The notes beneath the pieces were generated by a model, which worked only from the letters and a program-made list of their open reading frames with translations, was not told the origin of the DNA and did no database searches. Shown here piece after piece: positions 36,680 through 48,741 of a stretch of DNA of 64,000 nucleotides (position 1 is the first letter of the stretch; each line of letters begins with the position of its first letter). Source of the stretch: an uncultured Rhodospirillaceae bacterium (GTDB lineage: Bacteria > Pseudomonadota > Alphaproteobacteria > Rhodospirillales > Magnetospirillaceae); NCBI GenBank assembly GCA_903941105.1, contig CAJANL010000164.1:24408-88407 (forward strand), read 5' to 3'. A program made the translations under genes and the position numbers.

Positions 36680-37648
36680 TTAGCCTAATGAGCCCAGCCC
36701 GGGATACATCCAGGTCAGCTCATGTTTGTTGTGGCAGAGGTGGATCAGCGTCGATCCCGGCACCTGGGCGAAGATCCGTGCGGTGGCATGATCGGTATCG
36801 CCTTGGAACTTCAGGGTGCAGATGAAGCTGCCCACCATGCCCGATGCCAGCCAGCGCTCCACCAGCCGCCACTGTCGTTCCGGGTAGCAAATGATGTCCG
36901 AACACAGCCAGTCGACCGGCCCGATCTCGGCGGGGTCCAGGGCGAAGGCGCTGCCTTGGCGCCACTCCACCCCGGCCATCGCCGCCACATGGGGGGCCAG
37001 CGGCGCCTTGTCCACCGCCACCACCGCCGCCCCGCCCGAGGCCAGCACCCAGGTCCAGCCGCCCGGGCTGGCGCCGAGATCGAGGCAGCGGTCGCCGGGG
37101 CCGGGGTGGCGGCCCAGCAGGGTCAGCGCCTCCCACAGTTTGAGATAGGCCCGGTTGGGCGGCGCCTCGCGATCCTCGACGAACGCGACCTCGCCATTGG
37201 GGAACGGGCTGGAGCAGCGCGCCGCCGCCAGCAGGGTATGCTCGTCCAGCAGGGTGAACGAGCCCAGCGCCGAGCCGGGCGCCGGCTGCCCGAATACCTG
37301 CGGCTTGGCCGACACCTTGGGCAGGGTGTCGGCGATCAGCTGGGTGCGGCGGAACAGGCCGGGCGCATAGGGCCACCAGTTGCGCTGGATGGCCTTGAGG
37401 GCGCGGGCGGCCTCACCGATGGAGGCCACCGGAATGCGTACCGGGTCACGCCAGACATTGGCCGCCCACGCGACGGCCCGTGGCGGGCCGGGGGCGAGCA
37501 GCAGGCGGCCGTGGGTCTCGGCGACATCACCCAGCTCGGCCGCCAGGTCGGCCTCGCACCCCTCGGCGGCGAGATAGCCGGTGACGGGAGGGCAATCAGA
37601 CACGGCTGGACACGGCTGGACACCGATGGAGGGGGTGGCTCGTATCAA
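36680..37648 (-). CDS. RlmM-like FtsJ-fold rRNA 2'-O-methyltransferase
   Basis: 322 aa with a TTG start. C-terminal SAM-binding fold [10 protein letters not shown]...[15 protein letters not shown]...DWLCSDI matches RlmM/FtsJ-type motifs. Overlaps the fliG stop by 4 nt. Confidence 0.65.
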   Translation of the reverse strand: MIRATPSIGVQPCPAVSDCPPVTGYLAAEGCEADLAAELGDVAETHGRLLLAPGPPRAVAWAANVWRDPVRIPVASIGEAARALKAIQRNWWPYAPGLFRRTQLIADTLPKVSAKPQVFGQPAPGSALGSFTLLDEHTLLAAARCSSPFPNGEVAFVEDREAPPNRAYLKLWEALTLLGRHPGPGDRCLDLGASPGGWTWVLASGGAAVVAVDKAPLAPHVAAMAGVEWRQGSAFALDPAEIGPVDWLCSDIICYPERQWRLVERWLASGMVGSFICTLKFQGDTDHATARIFAQVPGSTLIHLCHNKHELTWMYPGLGSLG

Positions 37649-38664
37649 TACACCAGCTCGTCTTCCTCACGGCCTTCGGAGATGACGATCTGGCCCGAGG
37701 CGGACAGTTCCTTGGCCATGGCGACGATGGCGTTCTGTGCCTGATCCACGTCGCGCAGGCGCACCGGCCCCAGCGCCTCCATGTCCTCGCGCATCATCTT
37801 GCCGGCGCGTTCCGACATGTTCTTGAAGAACAGCTCCTTGACCCCTTCCGAACCGCCCTTGAGGGCGAGGCCCAGCTTGTCCTTTTCGCAATGGCGCAGC
37901 AGGGTCTGGATGCCGCCGGCGTCGAGGCGCACCAGGTCGTCGAAGGTGAACATCAGCTGCTTGATGCGTTCGGCGGACTCGCGGTTGCGTTCCTCCAGGG
38001 CGCTCATGAAGCGGTTTTCGGTGTTGCGGTCGAGGTTGTTGAAGATGTCGGCCATCATGTCGTGCGGGTCGCGGCGCTGGGTGCGGGCGAGGTTGGCCAT
38101 GAACTCGGTGCGCAGGGTCTTTTCGACGCCGTCCAGCACTTCCTTCTGCACCGCCTCCATGCGCAGCATGCGCATGATCACTTCCATGGCGAAGTTCTCG
38201 GGCAGGATAGCCAGCACGCGGGCGGCATGGCCGCCGGCGATCTTGGCCAGGATGATGGCGACGGTCTGCGGGTACTCGTTCTTGAGGTAGTTGGCGAGAA
38301 CCTGTTCCGAGACGTTGCCCAGCTTGTCCCACATGGTGCGGCCGGCGGGGCCGCGGATTTCCTCCAGGATGGCGTCGACGCGATCCTTGGGCAGCGCCTT
38401 CAACAGCAGGCGCTCGGTATTCTGCGCCGAGCCCACCAGCGAGCCGGTGGATGACAGCTGATCGGCGAACTCGATAAAGATTCGCTCGACCACGTTCGAG
38501 TTCACGGTTCCCAGCTTGGCCATCAGCTGGGAGAGTTCCTTGATCTCGTCGTCCGACATCATGCCGAACAGCTTGGTCGATTGGTCTTCACCCAGCGACA
38601 GCATCATGATGGCCGCCTTCTGCGGGCCGGTGATGCTGCGATAGTCCTCTTTTGTGCGGGCCAT
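37645..38664 (-). CDS. fliG: flagellar motor switch protein FliG
   Basis: ORF 37645..38667. ATG at 38664 preceded by [27 protein letters not shown]-like [16 protein letters not shown], and the C-terminal torque-helix region. Confidence 0.93.
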   Translation of the reverse strand: MARTKEDYRSITGPQKAAIMMLSLGEDQSTKLFGMMSDDEIKELSQLMAKLGTVNSNVVERIFIEFADQLSSTGSLVGSAQNTERLLLKALPKDRVDAILEEIRGPAGRTMWDKLGNVSEQVLANYLKNEYPQTVAIILAKIAGGHAARVLAILPENFAMEVIMRMLRMEAVQKEVLDGVEKTLRTEFMANLARTQRRDPHDMMADIFNNLDRNTENRFMSALEERNRESAERIKQLMFTFDDLVRLDAGGIQTLLRHCEKDKLGLALKGGSEGVKELFFKNMSERAGKMMREDMEALGPVRLRDVDQAQNAIVAMAKELSASGQIVISEGREEDELVY

Positions 38665-38807
38665 CAAAAACTCCCGTGCTCACGCGCACCTCGACTCTAC
38701 CCGAAAATTGCGATGGTGCGTTCAACATTTTCCCAGTAGGAGGTAACCCGTCAGTAAGGTCCAGGGGCCACCCTGGCGGCCGGAGAGGCTGCCGACGGGG
38801 ACGATAG

Positions 38808-39431
38808 GTGATCGAGTTCGTAGGTTTCAACCGCGACGAAGTGACACTGATCAGGGACTTCGTCGGACGCTTCCGGGCCGACGAGCACAGCATGGCCGAA
38901 CTGGCGCGTGTCGAGCGCTTTTCCCTGCCGGGCTACCTCGGCCGCGTGGTGCCGCAGCCCAGCCCCTGTGGGCTGAAATTGCCCACCACCGTCTTCCTCG
39001 CCGCCTGCCGGCCGTTCACCATCGCCCATGAACTGGCCCACGTCTCGGATATCGCGGTGCGCCGTCAGGAGACCCTGGACCACATGGCCGAGCGCATGCC
39101 GGCGCCCTGGCACTTGTCGCACCGCATGTCGTCCGAGTATTACGCCAACCGCATTGCCAGCGGCTATGTCGGCGAGGACGAGGTCTTCAAGGCCTTCACC
39201 GGCGACCTCAACGGCATGCGTCTTGCCGCCGTGGAAAACGACTGGGCCTCGTTCCTGATCTACTATGCTCTGTTGCTGGGGATCTTCCACGGGCTGGGCC
39301 GCTTCGACTGTGACCCGGTGCGGCCGTTGGACCCGGCCCCTTACATTCCCGAGGCGGTGCGCGAGGGGATGAATGCTTTCCGCGACAACGCCGTCGACTT
39401 CTTCGCCGAGTTCCGCGAGGCGGCCGAATAG
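38808..39431 (+). CDS. hypothetical protein with a HExxH motif (putative zinc-dependent hydrolase)
   Basis: 207 aa with a GTG start. PFTIAHELAHVSD is the only recognisable motif. Divergent from fliG. Confidence 0.5.
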   Translation: MIEFVGFNRDEVTLIRDFVGRFRADEHSMAELARVERFSLPGYLGRVVPQPSPCGLKLPTTVFLAACRPFTIAHELAHVSDIAVRRQETLDHMAERMPAPWHLSHRMSSEYYANRIASGYVGEDEVFKAFTGDLNGMRLAAVENDWASFLIYYALLLGIFHGLGRFDCDPVRPLDPAPYIPEAVREGMNAFRDNAVDFFAEFREAAE

Positions 39432-39440
39432 GCGGCTCCG

Positions 39441-41564
<2,124 letters not shown>

Positions 41565-41568
41565 CCGG

Positions 41569-42117
41569 TCAGCGCTGTTCGGCCGACACGCTGTCCAGCA
41601 GGGCCAGCAGGCCGGCGAGCAGGGCCAGGGGGCCGGGCGGGCAGCCGGGGATGTGCAGGTCGACCGGCACCACGGTGTGCGCTCCCCCCAGCACGGCATA
41701 GGAGCCGGCGAAGCAGCCGCCGTCGCGGGCGCAATCGCCCATGGCCACCACCCATTTGGGGGCGGGGGTGGCGTCGTAGGTGCGCTTCAGCGCCTCGGCC
41801 ATGTTGAGGCTGACCGGGCCGGTGACCAGCAGCACGTCGGCGTGGCGCGGGCTGGCGACGAAGCGGATGCCGAAGCGCTCCAGGTCATAGACCGGGTTGT
41901 TGACGGCGTGGATCTCCAGCTCGCAGGCATTGCACGAGCCGGCATCCACCTCGCGGATGGACAGCGAGCGCCCGAGCCGGGCCCGCGCCGCCTCGCCCAC
42001 CCGCGCCGCCAGCTCGGCCACGCCGTCGGGCGCCGGTTCGGGGCCGCCGCTCATGGTGTAGGGACCCTTGAACAGGTGGCGGAACAGCAGGCTGGCGATG
42101 GGCGGGATGAGGGGCAT
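41569..42117 (-). CDS. NuoB/HycG-like small subunit of a group-4-hydrogenase-related complex
   Basis: ORF 41569..42225 trimmed to the ATG at 42117 (TAATG overlap with the upstream stop). The four Fe-S ligand cysteines are kept: DAGSCNACELE, GDCARDGG, IPGCPP. Confidence 0.85.
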   Translation of the reverse strand: MPLIPPIASLLFRHLFKGPYTMSGGPEPAPDGVAELAARVGEAARARLGRSLSIREVDAGSCNACELEIHAVNNPVYDLERFGIRFVASPRHADVLLVTGPVSLNMAEALKRTYDATPAPKWVVAMGDCARDGGCFAGSYAVLGGAHTVVPVDLHIPGCPPGPLALLAGLLALLDSVSAEQR

Positions 42118-43637
42118 TACAGGTCCGCTCCCGAATAGGAGCAGTTGAAGCTCTTGTTGCACAGGGGGAAGTCGGCGACGATGTTGCCTTCGATGCAGGC
42201 CTCCAGCAGCGGCCACTGGAACCACGACGGGTCATGCGGGTGGCAGCGTACGATGCGTCCGGCCTCGGACACCCGCGCCCACACCACCACCTCGCCGCGG
42301 AAACTTTCCGCCAGCCCCATGCCCTCGCCCGAGCGGGTCGGCACCGCCGCCATGGCGGCGCCCTCCGGCATCTCCTGCAGGATGCGGTTGATCAGCCGCA
42401 GCGATTCCTTGACCTCCTCGATGCGGATCTCGACGCGGGAATGAACGTCGCCGTCCGCCAGTACCGGCACCACCAGGTCGAGATCGTCATAGGGCGGATA
42501 GCCGCGCGTCCGCCGGGCATCGTGGCCCTGCGACGAGGCCCGGCCGACGAAGCCGCCGGCGCCGAAGCGGTGCACCAGTGCGCCGGGCACCACGCCGGTG
42601 CCGGTGGTGCGGTCGAGCAGCGAGGGGGTTTCCTGATAGAGGTGGACGGCCTTCATGAAGTCCTTGCGGAAGCCGTACAGCATGTGTTTCAGCGCCTCGG
42701 CGCCCGAGTCGGACAGGTTGACCGTGACGCCGCCCGGCACCACCCGGTCCATCAGCAGGCGGCTGCCGAACAGGGCTTCGTTGGCGCGCAGCAGTTTCTC
42801 GCGCAGCGTTCCCATATGCGACAGCATGATGGCGAAGGCGGCGTCGTTGCATACCGCGCCGATGTCGAAGACGTGGTTGGCGATGCGCTCCAGCTCGCCC
42901 ATCAGCGCCCGCAGCCAGTGCGCCCGCGGCGGTGGCTCACAGCCCAGCGCCGCCTCGACCGCCCGCGAGAAGGCGATGGAATAGGCCACCGTGGCGTCGC
43001 CCGAGGTGCGGCTGACGATGCGGCAGGCCTCCAGCAGCGGCTTGCCCGCCACCAGGGCCTCGATGCCCTTGTGGACATAGCCCAGCCTCTGCTCCAGCCG
43101 GACCACCGTCTCGCCTTGGCAATGGAAGCGGAAATGTCCCGGCTCGATGACGCCGGCATGCACCGGACCCACCGGGATCTGGTGCAGCCCCTCGCCCTCG
43201 GCGGTGCGGAAGCGATAGGAATAGGGCTCGGCGGCCGGCTCCTCGGGGTGGACGGCCAGCGGGCGGCGGCGCGACCAGCGGCCGTGGTCGAGCCAGGGCC
43301 GCTGATCCTCCAGCCCCTCGGGCGCCAGCCCCCACACATCGCGGATGGAGCGTTCGATACGGATCGCCGCCGGGCGCACCTGGCCCAGGGCGTAGAAGCG
43401 GCGCTCGGGGCAGTGATGCGACGCCACCGCGATGTCGCCGGTGGTTTCGTCGCGCAATGCCACGTGAATCTCGTTGGGTTCGGCCCACTCGGCCATCAGC
43501 ACCCAGTCGGCCGCCGCCAGCTGCTGCACCAGCGCCCGCCAGGTCCGTCCGTCGAGCTGATAGCGCGGCCACGGCCGGTGCCCCGAAACCTCGCGGCCGG
43601 CGGAGAGAAAATCGAGCAGGGTCATCTTGCCCATCAT
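42117..43637 (-). CDS. fused NuoC/NuoD-like 'large subunit' (HycE/HyfG-like) that lacks the NiFe cysteine ligands
   Basis: 506 aa. Conserved IPVGPVHAGVIEPGHFRF. The expected N-terminal CxxC position reads RTSGDATVAYS. The C-terminus reads FPLCNKSFNCSYSGADL instead of DPCxxCxxR/H. There is no CxxC pair anywhere in the protein. Confidence 0.85.
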   Translation of the reverse strand: MMGKMTLLDFLSAGREVSGHRPWPRYQLDGRTWRALVQQLAAADWVLMAEWAEPNEIHVALRDETTGDIAVASHHCPERRFYALGQVRPAAIRIERSIRDVWGLAPEGLEDQRPWLDHGRWSRRRPLAVHPEEPAAEPYSYRFRTAEGEGLHQIPVGPVHAGVIEPGHFRFHCQGETVVRLEQRLGYVHKGIEALVAGKPLLEACRIVSRTSGDATVAYSIAFSRAVEAALGCEPPPRAHWLRALMGELERIANHVFDIGAVCNDAAFAIMLSHMGTLREKLLRANEALFGSRLLMDRVVPGGVTVNLSDSGAEALKHMLYGFRKDFMKAVHLYQETPSLLDRTTGTGVVPGALVHRFGAGGFVGRASSQGHDARRTRGYPPYDDLDLVVPVLADGDVHSRVEIRIEEVKESLRLINRILQEMPEGAAMAAVPTRSGEGMGLAESFRGEVVVWARVSEAGRIVRCHPHDPSWFQWPLLEACIEGNIVADFPLCNKSFNCSYSGADL

Positions 43638-43644
43638 CGCGCCG

Positions 43645-45129
43645 TCATCCCAGCATTCCGGCCACGGTGTGGAACCATGCCACCAGCGGCGGCGGCAGAT
43701 ACAGCCCGGCGATCAGCACCAGGAGGACGTGCAGCCACAGCGGGATCAGCGTCATGGCCGTTCCCAGTGCGGTGGCGTGACCGTGGGCGTGGCCCAGGGA
43801 CGGCGGCCCGAACGCCATCTGCTGCATGCGCATCACCAGCGCGCCGAATGCCAGCAGCAGCCCGAGGGCCAGCGGCGCCGCCAGCAGCGGCTCGCGGGCG
43901 AAGGTCGAGCTCACCACCAGGAATTCGCTCATGAACACCCCCATGGGCGGCAGTCCGGCAATGGCGAGCACCGCGATGACGAAGCCCCAGCCCAGCACCG
44001 GGTTGCTGGTGGTCAGGCCGCGGATGTCGACGATGCGCTTGCTGCCGGCGTCCTGGGTGATGACGCCGACGGCGAAGAAGATGGCCGACTTGGTCAGCGA
44101 GTGCATGGTCATGTGCATCAGCCCGGCGAAGTTGGCCAGGGCGCCGCCCATGCCGAAGGCGAAGGTGATCACCCCCATGTGCTCGATGGAGGAATAGGCG
44201 AACAGCCGCTTGATGTCGCCGCGCCGGTACAGCATGAAGGCGGCGAGGAACAGGCTCGACAGCCCCATCATGATCATCAGCGGCCCGGGCGACAGGGTGC
44301 CGCCGTTGGCGCTGATCACCATCTTGAAGCGCAGCAGGGCATAGAGCGCCACGTTGAGCAGCAGGCCCGACAGCACCGCCGAGATGGGCGTCGGGCCTTC
44401 GGCATGGGCGTCGGGCAGCCAGGCGTGCAGCGGCGCCAGGCCCACCTTGGTGCCATAGCCCACCAGCACGAAGACGAAGGCCAGGTTGAGCAGGTCGGGG
44501 TGGAACTCGTGGGCGCGCTTGATCATCATGGTCCAGGCCATGGCCTCGGCGCCGTCGCCCATCACCGGCTGCGCCGCGAGATAGAACAGGGTGGTGCCGA
44601 ACAGCGCCAGTCCGATGCCCACCGAACACAGGATGAAGTACTTCCATGCCGCCTCGATGGCCTCGCGGGTGCGGTAGAGGCTGACCATCAGCACCGTGGT
44701 TAGCGTCGCCGCCTCGACCGCCACCCACATGACGCCGGTGTTGTTGGCGGTCAGCGCCAGCAGCATGGTGAACATGAAGGCCTGATACATGGAGTGGTAG
44801 AAGCGCAGGTGGACGTCCGACAGGCGCTGCGCCTCGCTCTCGCGGGCGATATAGGCCGCCGAGAACATGGCGGTGGTGAAGCCGACGAAGCCGGTCAGCA
44901 CCACCAGATAGATGTTGAAGTCGTCGATGAACAGCAGCTTGGAGGGCTCGGGCCGCGACTCGAACAGGGTCAGCGAGGCGAGGAAGGTGATCCCCGAGGC
45001 CAGCACGTTGACCCAGGTCGCCACCCGCCACTTGGGCAGCACCGCGAGGAAGCCGGCGCTGGCCAGCGGCACCGCCAGGATCCAGAACAGCGGGTTGCCC
45101 ATGCCGGGGGCCACGACGAAGGGTATCAC
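43645..45129 (-). CDS. hyfF: HyfF-like antiporter-type membrane subunit (NuoM/N family)
   Basis: ORF 43645..45645 trimmed to the GTG at 45129 (GTGA overlap with the hyfE-like stop); an alternative ATG is at 45102. Contains GVMWVAVEAATL, GLAPLHAWLPDAHAEGP and the multi-TM Mrp/NuoN pattern. Confidence 0.8.
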   Translation of the reverse strand: MIPFVVAPGMGNPLFWILAVPLASAGFLAVLPKWRVATWVNVLASGITFLASLTLFESRPEPSKLLFIDDFNIYLVVLTGFVGFTTAMFSAAYIARESEAQRLSDVHLRFYHSMYQAFMFTMLLALTANNTGVMWVAVEAATLTTVLMVSLYRTREAIEAAWKYFILCSVGIGLALFGTTLFYLAAQPVMGDGAEAMAWTMMIKRAHEFHPDLLNLAFVFVLVGYGTKVGLAPLHAWLPDAHAEGPTPISAVLSGLLLNVALYALLRFKMVISANGGTLSPGPLMIMMGLSSLFLAAFMLYRRGDIKRLFAYSSIEHMGVITFAFGMGGALANFAGLMHMTMHSLTKSAIFFAVGVITQDAGSKRIVDIRGLTTSNPVLGWGFVIAVLAIAGLPPMGVFMSEFLVVSSTFAREPLLAAPLALGLLLAFGALVMRMQQMAFGPPSLGHAHGHATALGTAMTLIPLWLHVLLVLIAGLYLPPPLVAWFHTVAGMLG

Positions 45130-45794
45130 TGGCGATCCCCCCGATAGGTTTCCAGGTAGTGCAGGTCCAGCGTGTCGAAGCGCTCGCGGATGCGGAAGAA
45201 GAAGATGCCGAACAGGGTCATGGCCACCAGCACGCTGAACGCCACCGAGATCTCCACCACCAGCGGCATGCCCTTGGCCGACACCGCCGCCAGGATCAGC
45301 CCGTTTTCCAGCGCCATGAAGCCCACCACCTGCGTCACCGCGTTGCTGCGGGTGATCATCATCAGCAGGCCGAGCAGCACCACGCTCATGGCCAGGGCCA
45401 GGCTCTCGCGGGTCAGCGCCGCGGCGCTGGCGGTCACCGGCAGCACCAGCATGATGGACAGCGCCACCAGCGCCACGCCGACGATCATGGTCCAGCCGAT
45501 GCTGAGCGCGGTCTCGACGGTGCGGTGGATGCCCAGCCGCTCCACCAGCCAATGCAGCGCGAAGGGGACCAGGATGGCCTTGAACAGCAGGGCGATGCCG
45601 GCGGTGACGTAAAGGTGCGGCGCGTTCTGGATGTGCGCCTGCCACGCCGCCGCCGCCGCCAGGGCGACGGCCTGGAAGGCGAAGGTGTTGAGCACCGCGA
45701 ACAGCCGGCGCTGGTACAGCAGCCCGAATCCGGCCATCAGCACGGTGGCGCCGATCAGGTGGGCGAGGTCGTAGGACAGATGCGTCAACATCAC
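45126..45794 (-). CDS. hyfE: HyfE-like membrane subunit (NuoK-related)
   Basis: 222 aa and very hydrophobic. GFMALENGLILAA motif typical of hydrogenase-4 component E. ATGA overlap with the upstream gene. Confidence 0.8.
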   Translation of the reverse strand: MMLTHLSYDLAHLIGATVLMAGFGLLYQRRLFAVLNTFAFQAVALAAAAAWQAHIQNAPHLYVTAGIALLFKAILVPFALHWLVERLGIHRTVETALSIGWTMIVGVALVALSIMLVLPVTASAAALTRESLALAMSVVLLGLLMMITRSNAVTQVVGFMALENGLILAAVSAKGMPLVVEISVAFSVLVAMTLFGIFFFRIRERFDTLDLHYLETYRGDRQ

Positions 45795-46738
45795 ACCGCC
45801 TCCGACACGTAAAGGAAGATGGTGGCCAGCAGGCCCAGCAGCAGGGCGCCGCCCAGGAAGTCGGCGTAGCGGAACACCCGCATCTTGGCGATCATGGTTT
45901 CGAACAGCGCCAGCGCGGTGGCCAGGATGAAGGCCTTGGCCAGGAAGGCGCCCAGGCCGATCAGCACCCCCAGCGCCCCGCCGCCCGGCTGGGCGATGCC
46001 CCAGGGGAAGAACAGCGAGGCGATCAGGGCGGTGAACAGGGTCAGCCGCACCATGCCGGCGCCCTCGATCAGCGCCAGGTGACGACCGGAATACTCCAGC
46101 ACCATGGCTTCGTGCACCATGGTCAGTTCCAGATGGGTGGCCGGGTTGTCGATGGGGATGCGGCCGTTCTCGGCGATGGCCACCATCACCAGCGCCCCCA
46201 GCGACAGCCCCAGCGACACCTCAATGCCGACGCCGCCCGACAGGATGAAGGTGATGATCTGCACCGGCGCCGTCGAGCCCGAGATCAGCGACAGCGAGAA
46301 GGTCACCATCAGCATGGCCGGCTCGGCCAGGCTGGCGATCAGCATCTCGCGGCTGGCGCCGATGCCGCCGAAGGCGGTGCCCACATCCATGCCGGCCAGG
46401 GCGGTCCAGAACCGCGCCACCGCCAGCAGCGCCACCAGGGCGATCAGGTCGGCGGCGGGGGCGAGGAACAGGTTGGTGGTGAAGGTGGGCACGATGCAGG
46501 CCGCCAGCCACACCGCCGCGAAGGTGACATAGGGCGCGGCGCGGAACACCCACGAGGCCGAATGGGCGACGATGGCCTCTTTCTGCAGCAGGCGATAGAC
46601 GTCGCGATAGGGCTGCAGCGGCGAGGCGCCGCGGCGGCCGTTCAGGCGGGACTTGACGAAGCGCACCCAGCCGGTCACCAGGGGGGCCAGCGCCACCACC
46701 AGCACGATCTGCACCAATTGCAGCAGCATCGCGCTCAT
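45791..46738 (-). CDS. hyfC: HyfC/HycD-like membrane subunit (NuoH family)
   Basis: ORF 45791..46861 trimmed to the ATG at 46738 (ATGA overlap with the hyfB-like stop). LQPYRDVYRLLQKE, ...GRIPIDNPATHLELTMVHEAMVLEYSG. Confidence 0.85.
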   Translation of the reverse strand: MSAMLLQLVQIVLVVALAPLVTGWVRFVKSRLNGRRGASPLQPYRDVYRLLQKEAIVAHSASWVFRAAPYVTFAAVWLAACIVPTFTTNLFLAPAADLIALVALLAVARFWTALAGMDVGTAFGGIGASREMLIASLAEPAMLMVTFSLSLISGSTAPVQIITFILSGGVGIEVSLGLSLGALVMVAIAENGRIPIDNPATHLELTMVHEAMVLEYSGRHLALIEGAGMVRLTLFTALIASLFFPWGIAQPGGGALGVLIGLGAFLAKAFILATALALFETMIAKMRVFRYADFLGGALLLGLLATIFLYVSEAV

Positions 46739-48741
46739 TGCTGCCTCACCGCGACGACCAGCAGCAGGAACACCAGCGCCGTGAACATCATCAGCAGGTA
46801 ATGGCGCACGGTGAGGAACTGCAGCCGGTTGACCTGATCGGCGATCTTGCCGACGGTCCATCCCAGCGATTCATAGATGCCGCTCCACACCGGGTCGATC
46901 ATGCGGAGGCGGTGGGTGGCGGGGGCCTCGTCGCCCGGCGGCGGCATCACCACCTCCTCGCGGGCGGCGAACACGGTGGAGCCGAACACCCGGCGCAGCG
47001 GCTGGGCGAAGCTCTCGCCGGTGTACTGGGTCTCGGGGATGTTCTCGCGGTGGCCGCAGTCCCAGGCGTCGGCGCGGCGCAGGGCCCGGGTGCCCAGCCG
47101 GTGCACCAGCAGGATGCTGACCAGGAACAGCGACAGGCCGACCATGATCAGCACCGTCCCCGAATAGGCGCCCCGCGTCGCCGATACCGGCGACAGCCAC
47201 GGCCAGCCCAGATCGGCCGATACCGGCACCTGCACCCCGGTCAGCGGCTGCACCACCGCCGACAGGGCATCGGCCACCGTCACCGGGATGGCGCCGAGCA
47301 CGACGCACAGGGCTGCCAGCACCACCATGGTCAGGCGCATGCCGGCGGTGACCTCGCCGGCGTCGGCGGCCTGGGGCGAGCGGGGGCGGCCGAGGAAGGC
47401 GATACCGTAGGCGCGCACGAAGCAGGCGGCGGCCAGGGCGGCGGCCAGTGCCAGCAGCGCCCCCACCACCGGCACGCCGAACTTCATCGCCCAATAGGGC
47501 AGGCTGGGCCCCTTGAACAGCGACTGGAAGATCAGCCATTCCGAGACGAAGCCGTTCAAGGGCGGCAGGGCCGAGATGGCGGCGGCCCCCATCAGGGCGG
47601 CGGCGCCGGTCCACGGCATGCGGTTCAGCAGGCCGCCCAGCTTGTTGAGGCTGCGCTCGCCGGTGGCGGTGATCACCGCGCCGGCCGAGAGGAACAGCAG
47701 CGTCTTGAAGATGGAGTGGTTGATGACGTGATAGAGCCCGGCCACCAGCGCCAGCGCCGCCAGCTGGGTCTCGCCGCCGCCCTTGAAGGCCAGTGCCAGC
47801 CCCAGCCCGATCACCACCACCCCGATGTTCTCGACGGTGGAGTAGGCCAGCAGCTTCTTGAGGTCGTCCTGCATGATGGCGTACAGCACGCCCATCACCG
47901 CGGTGATGCCGCCGATCACCATCACCACCGCGCCCCACCGCCAGCTCAATTCGCCGTGCAGGTCGAACAGGATGCGGATCATGCCGTAGATGGCGACCTT
48001 GGTCATCACGCCGCTCATCAGCGCCGAGACATGGCTGGGCGCCGCCGGATGGGCCAGCGGCAGCCAGGCGTGCAGCGGTACCAGTCCGGCCTTGGAGCCG
48101 GTTCCCAGCAGCGCCAGCACCACCACCAGGAAGCTGGAAATGCCGGTCAGTTCGTGGGTGCGCATGTCGGCGAAGGCGTAGGCGCCCTCGGCCCCGGCCA
48201 TGATGCCGAAGCAGGGCAGCAGGCAGAAGGTTCCGAAGGCGGCCATGCACAGATAGACCGTGGCGGCGCGGCGGTTCTCCGCCTCGTGGTGGTCGGCCAG
48301 CACCAGCAGCCACGAGGCCAGCGACATGAATTCCCAGGCCACCAGGAACATGAAGGCGTCGTCGGCCAGCAGCACCGAGTTCATGCCGAACAGAAACAGC
48401 GGGAAGAACGGCGTCACCCGCCGTGGTGACGGAAGATGCGCGGAATAGCCGATGCCGAAGGCGGAACAGGCCGCGCCCGACAGGTTCACCACCACCATGA
48501 ACAGGGCGGACAGGTTGTCGAGGCGGAAATGCGCCTGCACCCAGGGCAGGCCGAAGGGCAGCACCAGTGCCGGCTCGGCCCCGGCGGGACCGCCCAGGTG
48601 GTGGAGGCCACTGAGCAGCAGCAGGATGCAGGCGATGAAGGCGCCGCTGTAGACCACGGCGTGGACCGAGCGCCAACGTCCGGCCAGCAGCCCGAACAGG
48701 GCCAGCAGCAGCAGTGCCACCAGCGCCCAGGCGATCAGCAT
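46735..48741 (-). CDS. hyfB: HyfB-like antiporter-type membrane subunit (NuoL family)
   Basis: 668 aa. FLVAWEFMSLASWLLV, GSKAGLVPLHAWLPLAHPAAPSHVSALMSGVMTKV. First gene of the operon. Confidence 0.85.
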   Translation of the reverse strand: MLIAWALVALLLLALFGLLAGRWRSVHAVVYSGAFIACILLLLSGLHHLGGPAGAEPALVLPFGLPWVQAHFRLDNLSALFMVVVNLSGAACSAFGIGYSAHLPSPRRVTPFFPLFLFGMNSVLLADDAFMFLVAWEFMSLASWLLVLADHHEAENRRAATVYLCMAAFGTFCLLPCFGIMAGAEGAYAFADMRTHELTGISSFLVVVLALLGTGSKAGLVPLHAWLPLAHPAAPSHVSALMSGVMTKVAIYGMIRILFDLHGELSWRWGAVVMVIGGITAVMGVLYAIMQDDLKKLLAYSTVENIGVVVIGLGLALAFKGGGETQLAALALVAGLYHVINHSIFKTLLFLSAGAVITATGERSLNKLGGLLNRMPWTGAAALMGAAAISALPPLNGFVSEWLIFQSLFKGPSLPYWAMKFGVPVVGALLALAAALAAACFVRAYGIAFLGRPRSPQAADAGEVTAGMRLTMVVLAALCVVLGAIPVTVADALSAVVQPLTGVQVPVSADLGWPWLSPVSATRGAYSGTVLIMVGLSLFLVSILLVHRLGTRALRRADAWDCGHRENIPETQYTGESFAQPLRRVFGSTVFAAREEVVMPPPGDEAPATHRLRMIDPVWSGIYESLGWTVGKIADQVNRLQFLTVRHYLLMMFTALVFLLLVVAVRQQ

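Noticed and set aside
38668-38807. Sigma-54 (GG-N10-GC) or CtrA (TTAA-N7-TTAA) promoter for fliG
   Set aside because: I scanned both strands by eye. The nearest candidate (GCACCATCGCAA) lacks the -24 GG, and no TTAA pair is present. No call made.
46738-48676. Alternate-frame and antisense ORFs inside the hyfB-like gene (46871..48676 minus strand, 46738..48429 plus strand)
   Set aside because: Their translations are Arg/Gly/Pro/His-rich and not membrane-like. The 46735..48741 frame gives a canonical NuoL/HyfB-type polytopic protein.
41569-48741. Calling the cluster a functional formate hydrogenlyase / hydrogenase-4 (hyf/hyc)
   Set aside because: The large subunit lacks both CxxC NiFe-binding pairs. 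No HycF-type ferredoxin, formate dehydrogenase, HycI protease or hyp genes accompany it. I use the hyf symbols only to indicate subunit homology.
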